From Gaiellaceae bacterium (lineage in GTDB: Bacteria; Actinomycetota; Thermoleophilia; Gaiellales; Gaiellaceae), in assembly GCA_035702625.1 (NCBI GenBank), contig DASSQG010000164.1, positions 1 through 41,488 of the forward strand: a stretch of DNA of 41,488 bases, in the 5' to 3' direction. How positions within the stretch are numbered: the first letter of the stretch is position 1; the number at the start of each line of letters is the position of its first letter. The position numbers and the translations under genes are program-made. The notes beneath the pieces are model-generated. The model saw only the letters and a list, made by a program, of their open reading frames with translations. It was not told where the DNA came from and did not search any database. This document shows positions 7,072 to 14,913 of this stretch, piece after piece.

Positions 7072-9816
7072 ATGGCCGTGCGGCATCACCTTGCGGCTGT
7101 TGCGCCTGCGCACTTGGAGAACGGTCTACAGACCGTTCCCGTCGCCCCACGCGCCGACGCGCTCGTCCAGTCGTACCGGCAGCTCGCGGACGTCTTCCAC
7201 GACATCCTCTCGGAGCACAGCCTCGACAACCTGCTCGAGCGGATCGCCGACACGCTGGCCGACCTGGTCCCGCACGACACGCTCTCGATCTACCAGGCCG
7301 ACGAGGCGCAGACCGTCCTGATCCCGGTGCTCGCTCGCGACAAGTGGGCCGAGAAGATCATGGAGAGCCGCTCGGAGTTCGGGACGGGCATCACAGGCTG
7401 GGCGGCGCTGCACCGCGAGCCGGTGCGGGCGAACCAGGCGCACCTCGACCCGCGCACGGTGACCGTGCCGGGCACCCCGCCCGACGAGCCCGAGGCGCTG
7501 ATCTCGATTCCGCTGATCGCGCGCGACCTCGTCAAGGGCACGCTCAACATGTACCGGCTCGGCGCGGACGCGTCCTTCAGCGACGACGAGTTCGAGCTCG
7601 CCTGCCGGTTCGCGGACGCGGCTGCGCTCGCGCTCGACAACGCGCAGATCCGCGCGCAGCTCGAGTACCAGGCCCAGACCGACTCCCTGACCGGCCTCTA
7701 TAACCACCGCTACTTCCACGACCGACTGCGCGCCGAGCTGACCCGTGCGAGCCGCGCGCGCGAATCCGTCGCGGTCGTGATGCTCGACATCGACGACTTC
7801 AAGCGCGTGAACGACGTCTACGGCCACGGCTCGGGCGACCAGGTGCTGACCGACCTCGCCGAGCTGCTGCGCGCCTCGCTCCGGGGCTCCGACGTCGTCT
7901 GCCGGCTCGGCGGCGAGGAGTTCGGGATGATCATGCCGGGCGGCGATGCAGGCGACGCGGTCACCCTGGCGCGGCGGCTGACCGACAGGCTGGCGGAGGT
8001 CGAGTTCGGGCCGGCCGGGAAGATCACGGTCTCGGTCGGCGTCTCGCAGGGCCCGGAGCACGCGATGAACCCGCGCGAGCTGGTGGCGTGCGCCGAGGCG
8101 GCGATGATGACCGCGAAGGCGCGCGGCAAGAACCAGATCGTCCTGTTCGAGGAGCAGACGAGCGAGCGGCCGGACGGCAAGCCCGACTCCGGCCGCGACG
8201 TGCGCTCGATCGCGCACCTGAAGATGCTGCAGAGCCTCGCCGGCAAGCTCAACCGGCTGAACGACGTCCGCCAGATCGGCGAGACGATCGCGGACGAGCT
8301 CCGGCTGCTGATCGACTACCACAACTGCCGCGTGTCGGTGATCGAGGGCGACGAGGTCGTGCCGATCGCCTTCCGCGGCGAGCTGCTCTCGCGCAGCGGC
8401 GAGCCCGTCGAGTTCCCGCGCTCGCGCATCGGCGAGGGCATCACGGGCCACGTCGCCGCGAGCGCCGAGCCGCTGCTGGTCGAGAACACGCTCGAGTGCG
8501 AGTTCGCCGTGATGATCCCGGGGACGCACCTGATCGAGGAGTCGCAGATCGCCGTGCCGCTGCGCTACGGCGCGCGCGTGATCGGCGTGATCGGGATCTC
8601 CAAGCTCGGCGTCGGCCAGTTCGACGAGGACGACGTGCGGCTGCTCGAGGTGCTGGCCGGCCACGCGTCGGTCGCACTCGAGAACGCGCGCCTCTACGAG
8701 GCCCAGCGGCGCGAGGCCGATCACCTGAAGGCGCTGCTCGAGTTCACGGGAGCGATCTCCGAGGCGGCGACGCCGGACGAGATCGGCACCGAGACGGTTG
8801 CGGCCGCGGCGCGGCTGCTCGGCGGCAAGCGCTGCGCCCTCTGGCTGCCGGACGAGGACGGCGACTTCCGCATCGCGGCCCACACGGATTACGAGGACGA
8901 CCCTGCGCTCACGGCGGTGCTCTCGCTCGCGATGCCCGGCGAGAAGATCCGCGCGCTCGTCGGCGACCGCTCGGACCCCTTCCTGGTCACGGCGGCCGAG
9001 GCCGAGACGTGCGTCCCGGCGCCGGCGGGTCTCGCCTGGCCCGACCTGGCGATCGCCCCGCTGCTGAACGACGGCACGCTCGAAGGGTTCATCGCCGTGC
9101 GCGAGCCGACGGTCGCGAGCGAGCACACGATCGAGGAGATCCTCCGCCTGCTGCGCGGCATCTCCGACCAGGCCGCCGTCGCGCTCGAGCGCGCGCGGAG
9201 CTACGACGACCTCGAGGAGACCTTCGTCTCGACCGTCGAGGCGCTCGCGAACGCGCTCGAGGCGAACGACGAGTACACCTCCTCCCACACGCGCTGGATC
9301 ACCGACGCGTCGCTACGCGTCGGGCAGGCGATGGGCCTGGAGGGCAACGCCCTCAAGCGGCTCGAGCTCGGCGCGCTCTTCCACGACATCGGGAAGATCG
9401 GGATCCCGACGAGCATCCTGCTCAAGCCGGGCCCGCTCTCGCCGGAGGAGCGCGAGATCATGGAGACACACCCCGAGCTCGGCGAGCGGATCCTCGAGCC
9501 GATCGACCGGCTCGTCGACGTGCGCACCATCGTGCGCAGCTGCCACGAGCGCTGGGACGGCGCCGGGTACCCGGACGGCAAGGCCGGCGAGGAGATCCCG
9601 CTCGAGGCGCGGATCATCCTCGTCTGCGACGCGTTCCACGCGATGACCACCGACCGGCCGTACCGCAAGCGCCTCAGCGGTGAGGAAGCCTGCCGGCGCC
9701 TGCTCGCCGGCGCCGGGACGCAGTTCGACCCGGCGGTCGTCGACGTCTTCCTGAGCCTGCCGCTCGAGGTGCCGGTGCCGCACGACGACGTGCCCGGCGA
9801 GCGGCTGGCCTCGTAG
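7072..9816 (+). CDS. GAF-GGDEF-GAF-GAF-HD-GYP c-di-GMP turnover protein
   Basis: ATG at 7072; the track ORF start at 6499 overlaps the upstream gene and was rejected. A-site GGEEF at 7909-7923, with an RGSD I-site five residues upstream. HD at 9382-9387 (HDIGKIGIP) and HERWDGAGYP give an intact HD-GYP. Three GAF-like blocks are present. Confidence 0.9.
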   Translation: MAVRHHLAAVAPAHLENGLQTVPVAPRADALVQSYRQLADVFHDILSEHSLDNLLERIADTLADLVPHDTLSIYQADEAQTVLIPVLARDKWAEKIMESRSEFGTGITGWAALHREPVRANQAHLDPRTVTVPGTPPDEPEALISIPLIARDLVKGTLNMYRLGADASFSDDEFELACRFADAAALALDNAQIRAQLEYQAQTDSLTGLYNHRYFHDRLRAELTRASRARESVAVVMLDIDDFKRVNDVYGHGSGDQVLTDLAELLRASLRGSDVVCRLGGEEFGMIMPGGDAGDAVTLARRLTDRLAEVEFGPAGKITVSVGVSQGPEHAMNPRELVACAEAAMMTAKARGKNQIVLFEEQTSERPDGKPDSGRDVRSIAHLKMLQSLAGKLNRLNDVRQIGETIADELRLLIDYHNCRVSVIEGDEVVPIAFRGELLSRSGEPVEFPRSRIGEGITGHVAASAEPLLVENTLECEFAVMIPGTHLIEESQIAVPLRYGARVIGVIGISKLGVGQFDEDDVRLLEVLAGHASVALENARLYEAQRREADHLKALLEFTGAISEAATPDEIGTETVAAAARLLGGKRCALWLPDEDGDFRIAAHTDYEDDPALTAVLSLAMPGEKIRALVGDRSDPFLVTAAEAETCVPAPAGLAWPDLAIAPLLNDGTLEGFIAVREPTVASEHTIEEILRLLRGISDQAAVALERARSYDDLEETFVSTVEALANALEANDEYTSSHTRWITDASLRVGQAMGLEGNALKRLELGALFHDIGKIGIPTSILLKPGPLSPEEREIMETHPELGERILEPIDRLVDVRTIVRSCHERWDGAGYPDGKAGEEIPLEARIILVCDAFHAMTTDRPYRKRLSGEEACRRLLAGAGTQFDPAVVDVFLSLPLEVPVPHDDVPGERLAS

Positions 9817-9862
9817 CTTCCCTCGAACGAGCCACGAGCCGGGCGGTGCGCCGGCCGATGAC

Positions 9863-10843
9863 GTGCCCGTGCGGCCGACTCGTTCCCTCGTTCTCGCGTG
9901 CACTCTCGGCCTCGCGTTCTCGCTCGCCGGCACGGCGAGCGCCTCGCAGCTGATCGCCCGCAACGCGTCCGGCATCTCCCTCGAGGTCAACGCGAAGGGC
10001 ACGGCGCTCGTCACCTACCGGGCGCAGGGCAAGCTCACGCACCTGCTCGCCTGGGGCGCGGTCAACGCTCGGCAGCGTCCGGCCAGCCCGAGGATCAAGC
10101 AGGTCGCGTTCAAGCTCGACTACTCGGGCGGCTGGCTGCACCATCGCCAGACTTGGAAGACCTTCAAGAACACGTGTCGGGCCTACGACGGGCCCGACCT
10201 CGCGTGGTTCGTGGCCGGCTGCACGGCGCCGAACGGCTCGTACTGGGCGCTGCAGAGCTGGCAGACGGCGCTCCCCGATCTCGGCCTCGCGCCGTGGCTG
10301 CAGTCGCAGAAGACGTGGTGGCTGCACCTGTCCCACTGGACCGGCGACCTGGCGAAGCTCGCGGTCTACACGGACTGGATCTACGGCGGCCGCTTCCAGG
10401 AGGTCTTCGGCCAGTACACGTACATGGGCAAGGGCATCCGCGGCTTCGGCACCACGCGCGTCGGCGCGCCGACGGACGGCTACGGCCGGCTGCTGTTCCT
10501 CGACACGTACGACTCGAGCTACGGGAAGGGCTGGCTGCGCGAGAACTCGTTCGTCTCGCACGGGCCGCCCGGGATGTTCTGCTACGGCTTCTACGCCCGG
10601 AACCCGTGGCAGGGCGGGTACGCCCACCCGCGGTCGACCCCGAACGCCAAGCGCGGGCCCGGCACCGGCGAGCTGTACCGGATCACGGCTCCCGGCCCCG
10701 GCGTGACGCCGGACGTGATGTGGCAGGGCGCCGGGCTGCACCCGTACGACCGCAACAACCCGGCCGACGTCTCGCTCGAGCAGCAGATGAACGCCGAGCG
10801 GAACTCGATCCGCGCCGGATACGGCAAGTGCACGCACAACTAG
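9863..10843 (+). CDS. exported hypothetical protein
   Basis: GTG start. Signal peptide MPVRPTRSLVLACTLGLAFSLAGTASAS. Trp/Tyr/Gly-rich 326-aa ORF with strong GC3. I recognised no family. Confidence 0.7.
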   Translation: MPVRPTRSLVLACTLGLAFSLAGTASASQLIARNASGISLEVNAKGTALVTYRAQGKLTHLLAWGAVNARQRPASPRIKQVAFKLDYSGGWLHHRQTWKTFKNTCRAYDGPDLAWFVAGCTAPNGSYWALQSWQTALPDLGLAPWLQSQKTWWLHLSHWTGDLAKLAVYTDWIYGGRFQEVFGQYTYMGKGIRGFGTTRVGAPTDGYGRLLFLDTYDSSYGKGWLRENSFVSHGPPGMFCYGFYARNPWQGGYAHPRSTPNAKRGPGTGELYRITAPGPGVTPDVMWQGAGLHPYDRNNPADVSLEQQMNAERNSIRAGYGKCTHN

Positions 10844-11442
10844 CGCGTGCGTGATCCATCACGGTGTCTGACACCATCGCTCACGGTGCAGACCACCCCG
10901 TCTGCGACGAAGCTGCGGTAGGCACGCCTCGCAGCTGACGGATTGTCGGCGAAGAGCCGGAGATGGTCGTTCGCCGCCAGAAACCTCGGCGCGAACTCCA
11001 GGCCGGCGCAGGGGCGGTAGCTGCTCCACCGCCAATCTTCGGGCGCCGAGCAGAGGCCCGCGCGCACGGGATTGAGCACGATGTACCGTGCCGCCTCCCG
11101 GAGATGGACGTCGTTCGTGATCAACTCGCTCCAGAACCGATTGCGAAAAAGGTGCTGCCCGACGTAGCCGTGCCGACGATTCGAAAGTCGTGCAAACGAG
11201 GCGTTCAAGAACTGCATCCCGTCCGACAGTCCGTCCAGCTCGAGTCGGATGAGGAGGTGGAAATGATTCGACATCAGGACGAACGCGTGGCACGTCCAGC
11301 GCCAACGCGTCGCTGCAATCGAGAGGATCGAGAGGAACGCAAGCCGCTCGTAGTCGTCTTCGAAGACCGTGCAGCCACGGTTGCCTCTCGAGCTCACGTG
11401 ATAGAAGCCGCCGGGTACCTCGATCCGCCGCTCTCGCGCCAT
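10840..11442 (-). CDS. IS200/RAYT-type HUH Y1 tyrosine transposase (solitary)
   Basis: ATG at 11442. FYHVSSRGNRG, the HUH motif in LMSNHFHLLI, the catalytic Tyr region AARYIVLNPVRAGL and DWRWSSY match the COG1943/Y1_Tnp family. There is no TnpB partner. Its stop overlaps the neighbouring gene's stop (CTAG at 10840-10843). Confidence 0.85.
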   Translation of the reverse strand: MARERRIEVPGGFYHVSSRGNRGCTVFEDDYERLAFLSILSIAATRWRWTCHAFVLMSNHFHLLIRLELDGLSDGMQFLNASFARLSNRRHGYVGQHLFRNRFWSELITNDVHLREAARYIVLNPVRAGLCSAPEDWRWSSYRPCAGLEFAPRFLAANDHLRLFADNPSAARRAYRSFVADGVVCTVSDGVRHRDGSRTR

Positions 11443-11559
11443 CGCCCGAACGTAGGCGTCATCGCGGCGACCCCCGTCGGCTTGATCCAGTTTCGTGGCA
11501 CCGTCGTCACGCTTCCGGCACGCGTCTGACACCGGGGTAGCCGCTCGTATGATCGCGCC

Positions 11560-12027
11560 GTGGCGAGCGGCGACGACCTCCGGGCGGTCATGCGGCACGT
11601 GCCTGCTCCCGTCGCGGTCGTCACCGTCACCGTCGACGGGCGCCACGCCGGGCTGACCGTCGCGTCGCTCGTCTCCCTCTCGCTCGAGCCGCCGCTCGTC
11701 GGCTTCGCGATCCGCCGCGACGCGGCCCTCCACGAGCTGCTGCGCGAGAGCCGCGACCACGCGATCAGCGTCCTCGCGGCAGGCCAGGAGCACTTAGCCC
11801 AGCACTTCGCCCGCGGAGTGCCGCCGATCGCGCTCTGGGAGAACGTCCCCCTGCGCAACGCCAACGGACCGCCGCAGCTCGAGGGTGCAGCCGCCTGGCT
11901 GCGCTGCCGCCTCGAGCAGGAGCAGCCGGCCGGCGACCACACCTTCTTCGTCGCCGCGGTCGAGCAGGCCGAGGCGGGCGCAGCCCGACCGCTCGTCTAC
12001 CACGGCCAGGCGTACGCGGCGCTGTGA
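11560..12027 (+). CDS. flavin reductase-like (FMN-binding split barrel) protein
   Basis: 155-aa ORF with a GTG start. AVVTV...GLTVASLVSLSLEPPLVGFAI...ISVLAAGQEHLAQHFA matches the flavin reductase domain pattern. Confidence 0.85.
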   Translation: MASGDDLRAVMRHVPAPVAVVTVTVDGRHAGLTVASLVSLSLEPPLVGFAIRRDAALHELLRESRDHAISVLAAGQEHLAQHFARGVPPIALWENVPLRNANGPPQLEGAAAWLRCRLEQEQPAGDHTFFVAAVEQAEAGAARPLVYHGQAYAAL

Positions 12028-12689
12028 TCGACGCGTTCGTCTTCGACCTCGACGGCGTGCTGATCGACTCGGAGCAGGTCTGGGACGAGGCACGCGAGCA
12101 GCTCGCACGGGAGCGTGGCGGCCGCTGGCACCCCGGCGCGCAGCGCGACATGATGGGCATGAGCTCGGTCGAGTGGTCGCGCTACATGCACGACGTGATC
12201 GGTCTTCCCGAGCCGCCGGAGGAGATCAACCGCGAGGTCGTCGAGCGCCTCGCCGCGACCTACCGCGAGCACCTGCCGGCGATCCCCGGCGCGCGAGCGG
12301 CGGTCGAGCGGATGGCGGCGCGCTGGCCGCTCGGCGTCGCCTCGTCGTCGAACCGCGAGCTCATCGAGCTCGTGCTCGAGCTGCTCGGTGTCGCAGACCG
12401 GTTCGCGGCGCTCGTGTCGTCGGAGGAGGTCGGTCGCGGCAAGCCCGCGCCTGACGTCTACCTCGAGGCCGCCCGCCGGCTGGACGTCGACCCGACGCGC
12501 GCCGCCGCCGTCGAGGACTCGCACAACGGGATCCGCGCCGCGAGCGCCGCCGGCATGTACGTGCTGGCGATTCCGAACGCGCAGTTCCCGCCCGACCCCG
12601 AGGCGCTCGAGCAGGCCGACGCCGTGCTCGACTCGCTCGCCGAGCTGACGCCGGCGACGGTCGAGGCTACGTGCCGACGGTCAGGTTGA
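12024..12689 (+). CDS. HAD-superfamily hydrolase (beta-phosphoglucomutase-like subfamily IA)
   Basis: HAD motif I is FVFDLDGVLIDSE. Motif II is GVASSS. Motifs III/IV are GRGKPAPDVY...VEDSHNGIRAASAAGM. The GTG start overlaps the upstream stop (GTGA). Confidence 0.9.
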   Translation: MIDAFVFDLDGVLIDSEQVWDEAREQLARERGGRWHPGAQRDMMGMSSVEWSRYMHDVIGLPEPPEEINREVVERLAATYREHLPAIPGARAAVERMAARWPLGVASSSNRELIELVLELLGVADRFAALVSSEEVGRGKPAPDVYLEAARRLDVDPTRAAAVEDSHNGIRAASAAGMYVLAIPNAQFPPDPEALEQADAVLDSLAELTPATVEATCRRSG

Positions 12690-14814
12690 CCTTCGCGCCG
12701 GCCCTGAGCCGCTTGCCCGCCTTCGGGCTCTGACGCACGACCTTGCCGCGCTGCTTCTTGCCGCCGCGTCCCTTCGCGACCTTCCCGACCCTGCAATGCG
12801 CCGCGACGATCTTCGTCCTCGCCTTCCCGACCGCGAGGCCGACGACCTTCGGCACCTTGCACGACGCCGGCGTCAGCGACGGCCCGTCGAACGTCGCCGT
12901 GACCGAGTGGCTGCGCGTCATCGAGACCACGCACGTGCCCGTGCCGGAGCAGTCGCCGCTCCAGCCCGCGAACCGGGAACGATCCGCGGGCGCGGCGGTC
13001 AGCGTGACCGTCGAGCCGTCGTCGAACCGCCCCGAGCAGGTCGCGCCGCACACGATGCCCGCCGGGCTCGACGTGACGGTGCCGGTGCCCGAGCCCGCCT
13101 TCGCGACCGCGAGCGAGCGCAGCCCGCGGCAAGACGGGAACGTGAAGCTCGCGATCCGCGTCCGCCAGTTGTAGGCGCTCGAGCCCGACGGGTAGTACTC
13201 GCTCGTGAACCAGAACGTGCAGTCGTCGACCGGATCCACGCCCAGGGAGCTGTAGTCGCCCCAGCGGTTGTTGGTGCCCTGCTGGTCGCCGATGCCGCCG
13301 AAGAGCGTCCCCTCGCCCTGGGCCAGCGTGCTCGGCGGGTCGGACGCGAGCCGCCCGGCGTAGCGCAGGCCCGGCGCCACGGACGTGCTCGAGACGCTGT
13401 ACCCGATCGCCAGGTCGCCCGCCCTGTCCATCGCGGCGCTGCCGAGCCAGCGATTGGTCGTGTCGGGCTGGAAGGTGCTCTGCTGCGCGAACGCGGGGAC
13501 GCCGGAGGTCGCGTTCCGGATCTCGTACCAGCGTATGCCGGCGACGCCGTTCGAGGACACGGTCTGGTCGCCGACGAGCGCCTCGTGGTCGCCGAAGTTC
13601 CGGTACGCGAGCCGGAACATCCCGCGGTCGCCGATGCCGTCGAGCGTGTCGCCGTTCGGCTCGGGGATGCAGTGGCGCGTCGCCGGGCAGAGCTCCGTGT
13701 ACGGGGCCGGCGTCAGGTTGCCGCCGAGCGTGAACGTCGAGCTCGCCGGGCTCGGGAAATTCGGGTGGAAGCGCCAGACGCGCCAGAGCGAGTTCTCGCC
13801 GGACATCAGGAACGGCTCCGGCGCACCGGCCGGCGGTCGCGTCGACCCGTCGAGGTCGGCCGGCAGCATCGCGTCGTTCCCGGGGTTGAAGACGTTGCTC
13901 CCGGTGTATGCGACGAAGCTCGCCGAGGGGCTCCCGGCGAGCATTGCGGCACGGTCGAAGGCGAACGGCATCGGCCCGAGGAACTGCTTCGACGTCGGGT
14001 CGAACACGTTCATCGTCATGGCGTACGCGTCCGGCCAGACGGCGAGGTGCGGGTAGTCGAAGAACGAATTGCCGAGGTGGAAGTCGTAGCGGTAGTAGCT
14101 GCCGGTGGCGTCGCTCGAGGTCGAGACGGCGATGCACTCGTCGGTCGGGAACGCCACGCCGGCGAACTCCGAGATCAGCCAGCGGTTCGCGAGCTGGTCG
14201 TAGAGGACGATCGGGTCGCCCGCGCCGTCGGACTCGCACGGGCCGGCCAGGCCCGACCAGAGGGTCGCCGTCGGTAGCGGGCCGAGGACCGACGCGCCGG
14301 TCGCCTTGTCGAACACCTGGAAGCCGTCGTTGACCATCTGCACGTACTGCGTGAGGCCGACGTCGCCGTTCGCGTCCGGCGGTGCGCAGTTGCAGCTCAC
14401 GCCCGGGTAGCCGATCCCGTCGAAGCTCAGGCCCGGCGCGGGCATGTTCGGCGCGAACCGGCGCGCCTGCCGCACGGTCTCGACGTGGTCGAGGTGCTTC
14501 GAGACGGGGCGCGGGTTCGGGCTCGTCTCCAGCTCGCCGCCGGGTGCCGGCACTGCGCGGCGCAGGCGGCGAAGCGGCATCGACCGGTCATGCCGGATCG
14601 CGTGCCCGACGACCACCCGCCTCCCCGAGGCGGCCTCGGCGCGCGGCGCGCGCGCCACCGGCCCGCTCACGTGGATCGCGACGCCGCGCGGAGCCGCGCC
14701 CGCGAGGACGACGCCGGCCTCTACCGACAACGCCAGCGCTGCGAGCAGCCCGAGAACGACCGCACGGCGTCCCCCCGGAATGCCCCCACGCCTCGCCTTT
14801 CGCCGCAAGCCCAT
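12667..14814 (-). CDS. exported protein: shared beta-rich WGDY domain + B-repeat-like Cys-rich module + C-terminal PASTA domain
   Basis: 715-aa ORF with a signal peptide. Residues about 131-562 are paralogous to the N-terminal domain of the 1887-aa neighbour. Residues about 563-645 read GSGTGTVTSSPAGIVCGATC...FAGWSGDCSGTGTC. The last 65 aa read VPKVVGL...VVRQSPKAG...VNLTVG, a PASTA pattern. Confidence 0.85.
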   Translation of the reverse strand: MGLRRKARRGGIPGGRRAVVLGLLAALALSVEAGVVLAGAAPRGVAIHVSGPVARAPRAEAASGRRVVVGHAIRHDRSMPLRRLRRAVPAPGGELETSPNPRPVSKHLDHVETVRQARRFAPNMPAPGLSFDGIGYPGVSCNCAPPDANGDVGLTQYVQMVNDGFQVFDKATGASVLGPLPTATLWSGLAGPCESDGAGDPIVLYDQLANRWLISEFAGVAFPTDECIAVSTSSDATGSYYRYDFHLGNSFFDYPHLAVWPDAYAMTMNVFDPTSKQFLGPMPFAFDRAAMLAGSPSASFVAYTGSNVFNPGNDAMLPADLDGSTRPPAGAPEPFLMSGENSLWRVWRFHPNFPSPASSTFTLGGNLTPAPYTELCPATRHCIPEPNGDTLDGIGDRGMFRLAYRNFGDHEALVGDQTVSSNGVAGIRWYEIRNATSGVPAFAQQSTFQPDTTNRWLGSAAMDRAGDLAIGYSVSSTSVAPGLRYAGRLASDPPSTLAQGEGTLFGGIGDQQGTNNRWGDYSSLGVDPVDDCTFWFTSEYYPSGSSAYNWRTRIASFTFPSCRGLRSLAVAKAGSGTGTVTSSPAGIVCGATCSGRFDDGSTVTLTAAPADRSRFAGWSGDCSGTGTCVVSMTRSHSVTATFDGPSLTPASCKVPKVVGLAVGKARTKIVAAHCRVGKVAKGRGGKKQRGKVVRQSPKAGKRLRAGAKVNLTVGT

Positions 14815-14913
14815 CTCCCTGTCCGTGCACGGCGACGCCCCACCGCCGCCTCATCGGGTCTTAGCCGGAGTCAAGCCGGAAATCAAGGATCTCTGGCGCG
14901 AATCGAGCGGCGC

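Noticed and set aside
10843-11793. 117-codon extension upstream of the RAYT transposase ORF
   Set aside because: The extension overlaps the flavin reductase start region on the other strand. It is Asp/Arg-rich with no homology signal. Transposase family similarity starts right after ATG 11442.
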